From NCBI GenBank assembly GCA_030043855.1, contig JASHWW010000006.1, forward strand, positions 1-41,803: a stretch of 41,803 bases of DNA, given 5' to 3'. The notes beneath the pieces are model-generated. The model worked only from the letters and a program-made list of their open reading frames with translations. It was not told where the DNA came from and made no database searches. The position numbers and the translations under genes are program-made. Of the stretch, positions 8,318-17,656 are shown in pieces (position 1 is the stretch's first letter; every line of letters starts with the position of its first letter). The stretch comes from Thermoplasmata archaeon. Its GTDB lineage: Archaea; Thermoplasmatota; Thermoplasmata; Lutacidiplasmatales; UBA184.

Positions 8318-9916
8318 TCAGAACGGCAGTTCTCGGAAGAGCGCTTCGAAACCCGACCGGGACCAGACGATCGACAGAACGCCGAACCCGACCGCGATCG
8401 CCGTCGCCACGAGGCCCGCCACGATCGCCGTCATCCCCGTCGCCGCCAGGGCGAAGGCCGCGGGGACGAGGAACGCGAACAGCAGGACCGTTCCCGAGGC
8501 GGTCGCGGCGAGCATGCCCGACGGTCGGAGGAACTGGGGACGCGGCCGGTCCTGGAAGTCCGAGTACCGTGCGGCGAAGACGAGGCCCCAGAGCGTGAGC
8601 TCGACCCCAGCGGTGGCGCTGATCGCGACCAGCGCGAGCGCGTGCACCGGGTCGAAGCCGAAGTAGACGCCCACGGCGGCGCCCACCAGGACGCTCGCGA
8701 TCAGGACGGGCACCAGCACCGCGGCGACCTTGGCCCGGTGGAGCCCGCGGGGGGTGATCGGTGTCGCGAGGAGCAGCTGCAGGGACCGGCGCTCCTGGCC
8801 GACCGACGTGGTGGCGAGGATCAGTCCAAAGAATCCGACGATCCAGCCGAGCCAGAGGACGACGCCCAGCGCCCCGAGGCTCCCTCCCTCGAGAAAGATG
8901 AGGACGACGAACACCACGGGGACGACGAGGGTCGGCATCATCTCCCGGCGGCGGACGAATCCCTTGAGATCCTTGGCCGCGACGGCCGATTCGGGGGCGC
9001 TCAACCCCGCGGCCGAGAACCACGGATGCCCGGCGGCGAATCGGACCGGACCGACGTCCGCCTCGGAACCGGCCGGCACCCAGTACCGGGCCCGGGCCCA
9101 CCCGGCGAGGTCGACCAGCACCCCGAGGAAGGCGACCTGACCCGCTCCGAACGCGAGCGCGAGCCACGGGTCGCCCCGAAGCACGTCGAACACGGTCTGG
9201 GTCGACCAGAGGAACGGCACGATCGCGGTCACGATCAGCACCGAGGCGAGGTCGTGGACGACCGCGAGGAGGACGACCGGGTTGAAGGCGAGCTGGACAG
9301 CGAGGATGACGAGGATCAGCAGGGCGGCCCGGACGACGAGCGTCGCGCGGCCGCCGCGCGACGCGGCGACCGCGCCGGCACGCTGGCCCACGGCCCGCAC
9401 GATCTCGATCACCAGCCCGCCCTGCAGCAGCGCCACCACGGAGAGGCCCGCGGCGACGAGGTACGGCACGAACGTGCCGGAGACGAACGCCACCGGGAGC
9501 ACGCCGCCCAGCGCGAGCGCGATCGACGGCGAATAGGAGAACGCGATCGCCGTCGCGGACGCCATCGCGTACTCGGAGGGGTCGAGGGGGAGCCAGTGCG
9601 CCGCGTCGCTCCCGCTGAACCGGACGGTCGCGGTCAGCTCGAACATCGTTCCGGCGACCAGGACGACGCTCAGCCCGACCAGCGGGAGGAACGGCAGCAG
9701 CGGTCCCACGAGCTGCGCCCACGCCGCGGTCGGGAGACCCGAGACGCGTACGGCGAGCCAGGCGAGCAACGCGGCGCCGGCGAACGCCGCCGTGTCGATG
9801 ACCGCGAGGAACCCCGGGGTCCCGAAGAAGCTCTCCGGATCGGACGTACTCCGTCCCGAGCGGAGCTGGGACGCGATCAGGACCCCCGCGAGTCGGCGCA
9901 CGCGGTGGAGGTCCAT
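8318..9916 (-). CDS. ABC exporter permease (multi-TM)
   Basis: More than 12 hydrophobic segments. ERRSLQLLLATPIT motif. Directly downstream of an ABC ATPase. Confidence 0.8.
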   Translation of the reverse strand: MDLHRVRRLAGVLIASQLRSGRSTSDPESFFGTPGFLAVIDTAAFAGAALLAWLAVRVSGLPTAAWAQLVGPLLPFLPLVGLSVVLVAGTMFELTATVRFSGSDAAHWLPLDPSEYAMASATAIAFSYSPSIALALGGVLPVAFVSGTFVPYLVAAGLSVVALLQGGLVIEIVRAVGQRAGAVAASRGGRATLVVRAALLILVILAVQLAFNPVVLLAVVHDLASVLIVTAIVPFLWSTQTVFDVLRGDPWLALAFGAGQVAFLGVLVDLAGWARARYWVPAGSEADVGPVRFAAGHPWFSAAGLSAPESAVAAKDLKGFVRRREMMPTLVVPVVFVVLIFLEGGSLGALGVVLWLGWIVGFFGLILATTSVGQERRSLQLLLATPITPRGLHRAKVAAVLVPVLIASVLVGAAVGVYFGFDPVHALALVAISATAGVELTLWGLVFAARYSDFQDRPRPQFLRPSGMLAATASGTVLLFAFLVPAAFALAATGMTAIVAGLVATAIAVGFGVLSIVWSRSGFEALFRELPF

Positions 9917-9921
9917 CGTCC

Positions 9922-10740
9922 CTACCGGGCGAGGGCGGCCACGACGTCGCCGAGGTCACCGGTGCCCGTCAGGCTGAGGAAGACGTCCTCGAGGCCGGAT
10001 CCGGCGAGGCCCGCGCGGGCGCGGAGGGCCTCCATCGTCCCGGACGCCAGCACCGTCCCTCGACTGAGGATGACGACCTGGTCGCAGATCGCCTGGGCGA
10101 TCTCGAGGACGTGGGTGGAGAACAGCACCGCCACGCCCTCGTGGCTCGCGAGATTCCGCAGCAGGTCCTTCGTGACGCGCGCCGCGCGAGGGTCGAGTCC
10201 GTTGAGCGGCTCGTCCAGCACGAGGAGCCGGGGGCGATGGACGAGCGCCGCGATGAGGGCCACCTTCTGCTTCATTCCCTGCGAGTAGCCGCTGATGAGC
10301 GATCCCTCGTGGCCGGCCAGCTCGAAGCCCGCGAGGAACTGCTGGATGCGCGGCGTCCGCGTGGCCGCATCGAGACCGTACATGTCGGCCACGAAGTCGA
10401 GGTACTCGGCCCCGGTGAGGAACTCGTAGAGCGCGGGCGACTCGGGAACGTAGCCGATCTGCTGCTTCGCCCGGGGCGGGTCGGCCGCGACGTCCTGCCC
10501 GAACAGCCGGATGCGACCCGCGTCCGGGCGGACGAGCCCGAGGACCGCCTTCATCGTCGTCGACTTGCCCGCGCCGTTCGGTCCGAGCAGCCCGACGATC
10601 CGCCCGGTCCGGACCGACAACGAGACGTCCGTGAGCGCCCGCACGGAGCCGTACGTCTTCGAGATCCCTTCGACCTCCAGCGCGGCGAGGTCGGGGCTCT
10701 CGTCCGGTCCGGACGGGAGCGGGGCGAGCGGCCCGGCCAT
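9922..10740 (-). CDS. ABC transporter ATP-binding protein (ABC-2/multidrug type)
   Basis: Walker A GPNGAGKS, signature YSQGM, Walker B LLVLDEP, H-loop STH. Confidence 0.93.
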   Translation of the reverse strand: MAGPLAPLPSGPDESPDLAALEVEGISKTYGSVRALTDVSLSVRTGRIVGLLGPNGAGKSTTMKAVLGLVRPDAGRIRLFGQDVAADPPRAKQQIGYVPESPALYEFLTGAEYLDFVADMYGLDAATRTPRIQQFLAGFELAGHEGSLISGYSQGMKQKVALIAALVHRPRLLVLDEPLNGLDPRAARVTKDLLRNLASHEGVAVLFSTHVLEIAQAICDQVVILSRGTVLASGTMEALRARAGLAGSGLEDVFLSLTGTGDLGDVVAALAR

Positions 10741-10809
10741 GACGGCTCCGGATGCGGGGGGCCGGGTATTAATCTCGCCGCCCGCGCCGGGCCGCGACGC
10801 GGCACCGGA

Positions 10810-11430
10810 TCAGTTCGGAACGCCGACGAGACCGGGGGCGGAGGAGCGGGCAGCGAACAGGGCGACGGGAGCGACCCGCAGGCTGGTTCCGGCACGGACG
10901 GCTTCGACCGCGTGCAGCAACAGGTCGTAGGCCGCCTCCTCGGCGTCGCCGAGATCGGCGCCGCCTTCCTCCATCGGCACGAACACCCGGAGGACGCCCC
11001 GCTCGATGCCGAGCAGAACGTGGCCGGTGCCGTCGCGCCGCGCCCAGGCCAGGAGCGGACCCTGCGGACCGTCGACGACCCCCACCCATCGGAGGGTGCC
11101 GAACCAGTGACCCGTCAGCCGGGCGAGGATGGCGCGGCTCGCCGTGCCGGGCGGAAGCCCGACCTGGGCGATCGGGCGAAGCTGCCTCGCTTCCGCGCGC
11201 GGCACGAGCCCGGTGGAGTCGAGCAACCGGTACCCGCCGTCCGCTCGCTCGATGCGACCCTCTCGCTCCAGCCGACGCAAGGCCCGGGAGAGCGACTCCG
11301 GATGAGCGCCCAGCTCGCGTCGCAGCCCGTTGAACGCGATGCTCCCGTGGAGCCCCTGGAGGGTCCGGAGGATCCGCTCGTCGAGCCGCTCGGGCTCGAC
11401 CAACATCGGAGACGAATCGGGTCGGGTCAT
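10810..11430 (-). CDS. Winged-helix transcriptional regulator
   Basis: N-terminal ILRTLQ...FNGLRRELGAHPESLSRALRRLEREGRIER..GGYRL wHTH, followed by an uncharacterised C-terminal domain. Confidence 0.75.
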   Translation of the reverse strand: MTRPDSSPMLVEPERLDERILRTLQGLHGSIAFNGLRRELGAHPESLSRALRRLEREGRIERADGGYRLLDSTGLVPRAEARQLRPIAQVGLPPGTASRAILARLTGHWFGTLRWVGVVDGPQGPLLAWARRDGTGHVLLGIERGVLRVFVPMEEGGADLGDAEEAAYDLLLHAVEAVRAGTSLRVAPVALFAARSSAPGLVGVPN

Positions 11431-11564
11431 CGTACCGTGTACGGGGGCCGAGGGGATTTAGAGGGTCGGTTACCGGTCCGTTACTTCGCGTCCCACCGCG
11501 CCCGCCGGTCCGGGTGTGACCGAACGCACCGTCTCCCGGTCAATATCCCCCGCCGTCCGGTGCG

Positions 11565-11590
11565 GCTTCCGGAACGAACGTTCCGGGAGC
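11565..11590 (+). promoter_or_regulatory. Inverted repeat / hairpin covering the GGGAG ribosome-binding site
   Basis: GCTTCCGGAAC-GAAC-GTTCCGGGAG(C) forms an 11-bp stem with one G:U pair, ending 5 nt before ATG 11596. Confidence 0.5.
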
Positions 11591-11595
11591 ACCTC

Positions 11596-11847
11596 ATGAG
11601 CGAAGGAGTCGGAGGCGACGAGAAGGGAGCGAACTTCGGGCCGTGGGTCTGGTCGGCGTACCGCGCGTACAACGACCTCCTGCGGGAGAAGGTGAAGAAG
11701 CGATTCGAGGAGAAGGAGGGACCCTGGCTCGACCAGGTGGCGGACCTCCTCGTGGCGATCGTGGATGCCCGATGGGAGGGCGGTCGCAAGAAGGAGAAGG
11801 AGCTTGCGGAGCTCTACGGCCGGCTCGACCGGCTCCTGGGGGAGTAG
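11596..11847 (+). CDS. Small helical hypothetical protein (83 aa)
   Basis: C-terminal part of ORF 10111..11847. ATG 11596 preceded by GGGAG. Charged amphipathic sequence with typical codon bias. Confidence 0.75.
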   Translation: MSEGVGGDEKGANFGPWVWSAYRAYNDLLREKVKKRFEEKEGPWLDQVADLLVAIVDARWEGGRKKEKELAELYGRLDRLLGE

Positions 11848-11850
11848 GCG

Positions 11851-11943
11851 ATGTCGGCCCCGCTGCCGCTCCAACCGTTCCCGACTCCCCCGATCGGCCC
11901 CGAACCGATCCTGCCCCGACCCCGGGGCGGGATCGCGGCGTGA
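11851..11943 (+). CDS. Putative 30-aa proline-rich peptide MSAPLPLQPFPTPPIGPEPILPRPRGGIAA
   Basis: Fills the gap between two genes (3 nt after the upstream stop, 7 nt before the htrA ATG). GGGGAG upstream. 26 of 30 codons end in G/C. Confidence 0.45.
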   Translation: MSAPLPLQPFPTPPIGPEPILPRPRGGIAA

Positions 11944-11950
11944 GGGAGCG

Positions 11951-12907
11951 ATGCCGCTCCTCGAGATCGAGGACCGGATCGTCCGCGCCGTCGAAGCGGT
12001 CGGCCCCAGCGTGGCCGGGGTCGACTCGCTGCGGGTCGGCCGAGCTCGCGGGTACGGGCCCTTCGCACGGCCCGCTCAGGCCACCGCACTCGTCCTGCAA
12101 CGCGACGGCTACCTGATCACCAACCAGCACGTCGTGGAGGGGGCGGCCCGTCTGGAGGTCCACCTCTCCGATGGACGGGCGCTTCCCGCCGAGCTGGTGG
12201 GCGGGGACGAAGCGACCGACGTCGCTCTGCTGCGGGTGGACGCCACCGACCTTCCCGCGGCGACTCTCGGCAACTCGAACGAACTTCGCGTCGGCCAGAT
12301 CGTCGTGGCGGTCGGCCACGCACTGGGGCTCCCGGGCGGACCGACCGCCTCGCTCGGCGTCGTGAGCGCGCTCGGGCGGCCGCTGCCCGGCACCGACTTC
12401 ATCTTCGAGGGACTGGTCCAGACGGACGCGGCGATCAATCCGGGGAACAGCGGAGGACCGCTGGTCGACCTCTCCGGTGCCGTCGTCGGGATCAACGCCG
12501 CGATGGTCCCCTTCGCGCAGGGGGTCGGCTTCGCGATCCCGATCCACGCCGTCCAGCGGATCGCAGACGACCTTCGGACCCACGGGCGGGTCGTCCGGCC
12601 GTGGATCGGCGTCATGGTCGCCGAGCTCCGGCCCGAGACCGCTCGCCAGTACGGACTCGAGCCCCGCTCCGGACTGTTGGTCGCCGAGGTGGTACGCCGA
12701 TCGCCCTCGCATCGCGCGGGACTGAAAGCCGGAGACGTCATCGAGCGTGTCGGACCGATCCCGACCCACGACGTCCGCGAGTTGCTGGAAGCGCTCTCGC
12801 GATTCCCGGTCGGGTCCGACGTGCCGATCGACTTCCGCCGGCGAGGGTCGGTACAGACCGTAACGGTGCCGTCGCAGGAAATGCCGGAACCCGCGGCCAG
12901 CGAGTGA
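11951..12907 (+). CDS. htrA: HtrA/DegP-family (S1C) serine protease with one PDZ domain
   Basis: Catalytic triad motifs TNQHV, TDVALL and INPGNSGGPL. PDZ with RPWIGV and AGLKAGDVI. ATG 11951 follows GGGAG. Confidence 0.9.
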   Translation: MPLLEIEDRIVRAVEAVGPSVAGVDSLRVGRARGYGPFARPAQATALVLQRDGYLITNQHVVEGAARLEVHLSDGRALPAELVGGDEATDVALLRVDATDLPAATLGNSNELRVGQIVVAVGHALGLPGGPTASLGVVSALGRPLPGTDFIFEGLVQTDAAINPGNSGGPLVDLSGAVVGINAAMVPFAQGVGFAIPIHAVQRIADDLRTHGRVVRPWIGVMVAELRPETARQYGLEPRSGLLVAEVVRRSPSHRAGLKAGDVIERVGPIPTHDVRELLEALSRFPVGSDVPIDFRRRGSVQTVTVPSQEMPEPAASE

Positions 12908-13052
12908 GCCCGCCGACGCGCCGCCCCAACCTCTTCCCCCGTTCCCGAAGCGACCCCCGGCTCGCGACCCGTCCCCGAGGAACGTCGCGGCCCGTACGTC
13001 CGCCGGGCCGCCGAACGCCTCGCTATAAGGTGGCCCCGCTGTTCTCGAACCG

Positions 13053-14027
13053 ATGCTCTCCGACGCCTACGGGCGGACCGTCTCCGACATCCGGATCAGC
13101 GTCACCAAGCGGTGCAACTTCGCCTGCGTCTACTGCCACGACGAAGGGCTCGGGCCGGTCGCCCGGCCGAACGCCCCGCACGACGGGGAACTCTCGCCCG
13201 TGGAGATCGAGCGACTGGTGATCGTCGCGCGGGAGTTCGGCATCCGTTCCGTGAAGTTCACGGGAGGGGAGCCGCTGGTCCGGCCGGACCTCGAGGAGAT
13301 CGTCGAACGGACCGTGCGCCAGATCCCCGACGTGTCGCTCACGACGAACGGTTCGATGCTCGAACATCGCGCCGAAGGGCTCCGCGACGCGGGCCTGAAG
13401 CGCGTCAACGTCTCGGTGGACTCCGTCGACCCGGCCGAGTTCCGGGCGATCCGGCACGGCTCCCTCGCCCCGGTGTTGCGGGGGATCCGGGTCGCGGTGC
13501 AGCACGGTCTGACCCCGGTGAAGCTGAACATGGTCGTGTTCCGCCCGACGCTGGCGCACATCCCCCGCATGATCGAGTTCGTCGGGGCGGGGGAGGGGCT
13601 GAAGCTCCAGCTGATCCAATTCATGCCCGAGCTCGTCACGCACCCCGAGTGGCGCGTGGACATGGCCGAGGTACAGCGCTGGCTCGAAGCGAATGCCTCC
13701 CGGACGCTGGTTCGCGAGATGCACCACCGACGCGTGTACGTCATCGGCGGGGCGGAGGTCGAAGTCGTCGACCCGGTCTACAACCCCGAGTTCTGCTCGA
13801 ACTGCCACCGGATCCGGGTGACCCACCTGGGGGAGCTCAAGGGGTGCCTCAACCGGAACGACGACCTGGTGCCGACCCGCGGGCTCGACGACGCCGGGCT
13901 CCGGGCGGCGTTCCGCCGGGTCATCACCTCGAGGGTCCCGTACTACGGGGGATTCGTCACGGACCCGCCCGAGCCGCTCCCGACCGATTCCCGACTCCCG
14001 ATGGTCTCGTTCCGAGGCGCCGCCTGA
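13053..14027 (+). CDS. moaA: GTP 3',8-cyclase (molybdenum cofactor biosynthesis radical SAM enzyme)
   Basis: D.YGR...IRISVT..CNFACVYC, TGGEPL, and C-terminal FCSNCHRIRVT...KGCL. CTATAAG box at 13023-13029. Confidence 0.93.
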   Translation: MLSDAYGRTVSDIRISVTKRCNFACVYCHDEGLGPVARPNAPHDGELSPVEIERLVIVAREFGIRSVKFTGGEPLVRPDLEEIVERTVRQIPDVSLTTNGSMLEHRAEGLRDAGLKRVNVSVDSVDPAEFRAIRHGSLAPVLRGIRVAVQHGLTPVKLNMVVFRPTLAHIPRMIEFVGAGEGLKLQLIQFMPELVTHPEWRVDMAEVQRWLEANASRTLVREMHHRRVYVIGGAEVEVVDPVYNPEFCSNCHRIRVTHLGELKGCLNRNDDLVPTRGLDDAGLRAAFRRVITSRVPYYGGFVTDPPEPLPTDSRLPMVSFRGAA

Positions 14028-14070
14028 GCCCGGCGGTCGACGCATCTCCCCGTCGAGACGAGTCCGACTC

Positions 14071-15171
14071 GTGGCAGCGGGGGACGACGGGCGACCGATC
14101 GACGCACCGGCCGCTCGGCCCGGTGCGCCGCACCTCGCGGGGTCGAGCTCGTCAACCGTACCGCCCCGATTCGAGGTCGCGCGGGCCACCGCCTTCACGG
14201 TAACCCTCCTCGCCGCGACGTTCGCGGCCGGCGGCGTCGAGACGGGCGTGTTGGCCTCGATCGGCGCGCTGAACGTCTTCCTCGCCGAAGCGCCGGGGAC
14301 CACGTCCGAGAAGACGCGACGGGCCGCTCTGACCGCGATCGCCTGCGGCGGCGGGATCGCCGTCGGAACGTGGGTCGCACCACTGGGTTTGGTGGCCCTC
14401 GGGGCGATCGCCGGTCTCTACTTCGCGCTCCAGCTGGCCAACCGCTGGCCCCGGTACGGTTCCGTGGTGCTGGTGACCGGCGTCCTGATTGCCATCGGGG
14501 TCGGCCTTCCGGGCGGAGGCGCAGCGTCGGTCGGGTATCGCGGAGCGGTCGTCCTGGCCGGGGGCGCGTGGGCGGTCCTGGGCATCGCCGCGACCGGCGT
14601 CCTCCTCGACGTGGGCCGGAACGGTCGGCGATCGTCGCCGCCGATGGCCTCCGCCGAGACGATGGAGGTGGCGGTCCGGCCGTGGTCGCAGGTGGTGCCA
14701 CTGGCCGCCGCCGTCGCGGGGGCGGCCGCCGCGGGGCTCGCGATCTCGGAAGGGTTGGGGTTGCAGCGCGACTACTGGCTGCTGCTCACGCTCCTCGTGG
14801 TGCTGCACGCCGAATTGCGGGACACCTACCGGTTCGCCGTGCTGCGTCTGGGGGGTACGGTCGTCGGGGCCGCGGCCGCTGCCGGGGTCGTGCTCGGGAC
14901 GTCGAACCCGTGGATCGACGCCGTCGTGCTCACCGGGGCCTGCGCGGCGGCGTTCGCGCTCCGCCGGGGCAACTACGCGGCGTACACGGCGTTCCTGACC
15001 GTCTACGTCATCGTGCTCCTGAACGAAGCGTACCCCGCCGGACTCCGGCTCGCGGAGACCCGGGTGCTCGACACCGCGATCGGTGGGGCCCTCGCGCTCG
15101 CGGCCGGGGCGGTCCTGGCCCTCGCCCGTCGGTCCGCGCTCGGTGCGCGGTCGGTCCCTCGGGAACGTTAA
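14071..15171 (+). CDS. FUSC-family (aromatic acid exporter-like) membrane protein
   Basis: Many TM segments, YWLLLTLLVVL, RLGGTVVG, RVLDTAIG. Start uncertain. Confidence 0.75.
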   Translation: MAAGDDGRPIDAPAARPGAPHLAGSSSSTVPPRFEVARATAFTVTLLAATFAAGGVETGVLASIGALNVFLAEAPGTTSEKTRRAALTAIACGGGIAVGTWVAPLGLVALGAIAGLYFALQLANRWPRYGSVVLVTGVLIAIGVGLPGGGAASVGYRGAVVLAGGAWAVLGIAATGVLLDVGRNGRRSSPPMASAETMEVAVRPWSQVVPLAAAVAGAAAAGLAISEGLGLQRDYWLLLTLLVVLHAELRDTYRFAVLRLGGTVVGAAAAAGVVLGTSNPWIDAVVLTGACAAAFALRRGNYAAYTAFLTVYVIVLLNEAYPAGLRLAETRVLDTAIGGALALAAGAVLALARRSALGARSVPRER

Positions 15172-15204
15172 ACGGGCGCCGGGAATTCCCGGGCCGAGGC
15201 ATCC

Positions 15205-15660
15205 ATGACCGTGGATTTCGAGTACCGCAGTTCTCCGGCGATCCGAGCCGCGACGCTCACGTGGACCGGGCCGTGGAACGAGGCGAAGATCCGGGCGCAA
15301 TTCCGGAGGGTCGCCGGCTGGGCCAAGTCGCAGCACCTGCGGACGGGTCGGTGGATCTTCCGCGAGCACTCGATGGGGAAGTGGGAGGTCGGGATCGAGC
15401 TCCGCGGGTCGGCCCGCTCGGGGGGCGGGATCCGCGTCCGCACCTATCCTCGAGGACGGGTCGCCCGGGTCGTCTTTGACCCCGACGTGGTGTCCCCCCG
15501 GGTGGTCTACCACGGGCTGAACGACTGGCTCAAGTGGCAGCGCAAGGAGAAGAAGGCCGGTCGCGTCGTGGCGACGCGCGAGCTCTACGCGGGCGACCCG
15601 TGGACCGACGCGAAGGCGTGGGCGCGGACCGAGATCCAGTTCGTGCTCGGGGCGCGATAG
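15205..15660 (+). CDS. GyrI-like small-molecule-binding protein
   Basis: GPW...F..VAGWA and YHGLNDWL...RELY..DP patterns of the GyrI-like fold. Confidence 0.65.
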   Translation: MTVDFEYRSSPAIRAATLTWTGPWNEAKIRAQFRRVAGWAKSQHLRTGRWIFREHSMGKWEVGIELRGSARSGGGIRVRTYPRGRVARVVFDPDVVSPRVVYHGLNDWLKWQRKEKKAGRVVATRELYAGDPWTDAKAWARTEIQFVLGAR

Positions 15661-15719
15661 GCCGCGAGGGGCGAGACGATTAATCCCGGCCCGGGTGGCA
15701 CATTCGAGAGGGTCGAACG

Positions 15720-16445
15720 ATGGGAGGCTCCGGAACTCCGCCGCCGGTCCGGGACGAGAAGGGGATCGAGCGCCTGTCGTTGGGGGCGGCGCTCGGGATC
15801 GCGGGGGCGGCGGTCGCCCTCGTCTCTCCGATCGTCTTCGTGCTCATCGTCGCGTTCGCGCCCGGCGGATTCTTCACGTTCCAGACGACGTTCGTGCAGG
15901 TCACGGGCGCCCTCGTCATCGCCGGCGCCGTTCTGCTGTTGGTCTCGTTGTTCGTCTATCGGCGCGCTTTCGCCCAGCTGCGCAAGGTCGACCGCCGGTT
16001 CCTGAGCGCCTCCGTCCTGTGCCTCATCGGGTCGATCGGGTTCCTGCTCCTGATCGTCTCCGCGACCCTGGTGATCGGGAACGCGAGCTCGCTCCTCTCC
16101 TGCGTCAAGGGCCAGCCGAGTCACGCGCTGACCTGCTTGCGTTCGGGGAACGCGCTCGGGGCGTACACGGGGCTCGCGGGCTTCTGGCTCGGGTGGCTCG
16201 GTGGGGTCGGCATCGTCGTGGGGATCTCGTTCGCGGGGAGCCGGTTCGGCCGCGGCGCGTTCTACGGCGGGGCGGTGACGTACGCGATCCTCCTGCTGCT
16301 CCTGATCGGCCCGTTCCTCAACCTCCTCTATCCGGTGCCGGGGATCCGCTACCTCCTCTGGGGCGTCCCGATCTTCTCGCTGCTCGGGCCGGCGCTGGTG
16401 CTCGTCGGGAGTCGGAGCGCGACGCCCGTCGCGGCCCCGAGCTGA
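15720..16445 (+). CDS. Hypothetical membrane protein (DUF973-like)
   Basis: About 6 TM segments. GIERL.LGA.L.I and RRAF.QL...D.RF resemble archaeal DUF973 proteins. Confidence 0.6.
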   Translation: MGGSGTPPPVRDEKGIERLSLGAALGIAGAAVALVSPIVFVLIVAFAPGGFFTFQTTFVQVTGALVIAGAVLLLVSLFVYRRAFAQLRKVDRRFLSASVLCLIGSIGFLLLIVSATLVIGNASSLLSCVKGQPSHALTCLRSGNALGAYTGLAGFWLGWLGGVGIVVGISFAGSRFGRGAFYGGAVTYAILLLLLIGPFLNLLYPVPGIRYLLWGVPIFSLLGPALVLVGSRSATPVAAPS

Positions 16446-16470
16446 TCGGGACGAAGGAGCGACGGAACCG

Positions 16471-17055
16471 ATGTCGGACCGCACCGAGCTGCTCACGGTC
16501 GGGGGCGGATGCTTCTGGTGCACGGAGGCCGTCTTCTCCGACCTCCGGGGCGTCACGTCCGTCCTCCCCGGATACTCCGGCGGCCGCGGGGTCGACCCGT
16601 CCTACGAGGACGTTTGCACCGGTCGGACCGGACATGCGGAGGTCGTCCAGATCGCGTTCGATCCGGGCGAGATCTCGCTCCACGACCTCCTGTCGATCTT
16701 CTTCACGGTCCACGACCCGACGACCAAGGACCGACAGGGGAACGACGTCGGACCGCAGTACCGCTCGGTGATCTTCTACCGCTCGCCAGAGCAGAAGGCG
16801 ACCGCCGAGCAAGTGATCCGCGAGGTCGGGGCCGAGCGGATCTGGCGACGGCCGATCGTGACCGAGGTGACCCCGTTCGCCGCGTTCTATCCCGCGGAGG
16901 AGTACCACCGGGACTACTTCCGTCGGAACCCGGAGCGGGCGTACTGCCAGATGATCATCGCCCCGAAAGTCGCGAAGTTCCGGCACAAGTTCGCGGACCG
17001 GCTGCGCGGGTCGGACCCCGGTGGTCGGGCTCAGAGCGCCAGCACCGCGAAGTAG
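16471..17055 (+). CDS. msrA: Peptide-methionine (S)-S-oxide reductase
   Basis: GGGCFWCTE, YEDVCTGRTGHAE, HDPT...RQGNDVGPQYRS, FYPAEEYH. Confidence 0.96.
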   Translation: MSDRTELLTVGGGCFWCTEAVFSDLRGVTSVLPGYSGGRGVDPSYEDVCTGRTGHAEVVQIAFDPGEISLHDLLSIFFTVHDPTTKDRQGNDVGPQYRSVIFYRSPEQKATAEQVIREVGAERIWRRPIVTEVTPFAAFYPAEEYHRDYFRRNPERAYCQMIIAPKVAKFRHKFADRLRGSDPGGRAQSASTAK

Positions 17056-17603
17056 ACCGCGAACCCGAGCACGATCGCGGCGGAGACCCAGCGGACCCCC
17101 GTCTGGACCCGGGGCGACCGTCGGGTCCCCGCGTGGACCGCGGCCGGGAAGACGACGATCCACACGGCGATGGCGCCGAACAGTCCGCCGAGGAGGACCG
17201 CCCCTCCCAGGTACGCGAACGCGACGCCCGCCGTGAGCCACCAGAGGATCTGGAACGGGTTGGAGAGTCCGACGGCGAGGGCCTGGAGGTAGGTCGTCCC
17301 CTCCGGGTCCGAGGTCGTCATCGGGGGCGGGGCGCGGAGCAATCGTACCCCGAGGAACGCCATGACGCCGGCGCCCAGGACGTAGATGCCCCGAACGATC
17401 GCGTGGAGGTCGACCACCGCCTGGAGGGAATAGACCGCCGAGCCGAGGATCGCGTCGGAGGTCATCGCGCCCAGCCCCGTGACCATGCCCGCGCGTCGGG
17501 AGCCGACCGACCGGTGCGCGATCAGCGCGTTCATCGGGCCGGGCGGCACCGTCAGGGAGAAGCCGAGCGCGAGCCCGAGCAGGAGCGCGGTTCCGGCCGT
17601 CAT
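17031..17603 (-). CDS. LysE-family amino-acid exporter
   Basis: PPGPMNAL motif, GLSNPFQILWW, multiple TM segments. Confidence 0.85.
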   Translation of the reverse strand: MTAGTALLLGLALGFSLTVPPGPMNALIAHRSVGSRRAGMVTGLGAMTSDAILGSAVYSLQAVVDLHAIVRGIYVLGAGVMAFLGVRLLRAPPPMTTSDPEGTTYLQALAVGLSNPFQILWWLTAGVAFAYLGGAVLLGGLFGAIAVWIVVFPAAVHAGTRRSPRVQTGVRWVSAAIVLGFAVYFAVLAL

Positions 17604-17656
17604 CGGGGGTCGAGCGCCCCCGGCAGGGTTATGCGCGGGCGAGGGAAACGGCCGCC

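Noticed and set aside
12908..13052. Moco riboswitch upstream of moaA
   Set aside because: The TATA-like box lies only about 25 nt before the ATG, leaving no leader, and I see no recognisable motif.
8318..14027. RiPP cluster (ABC exporter + peptide + protease + radical SAM)
   Set aside because: The radical SAM enzyme is a canonical MoaA with its own promoter, the exporter is transcribed separately, and no RiPP maturase is visible.
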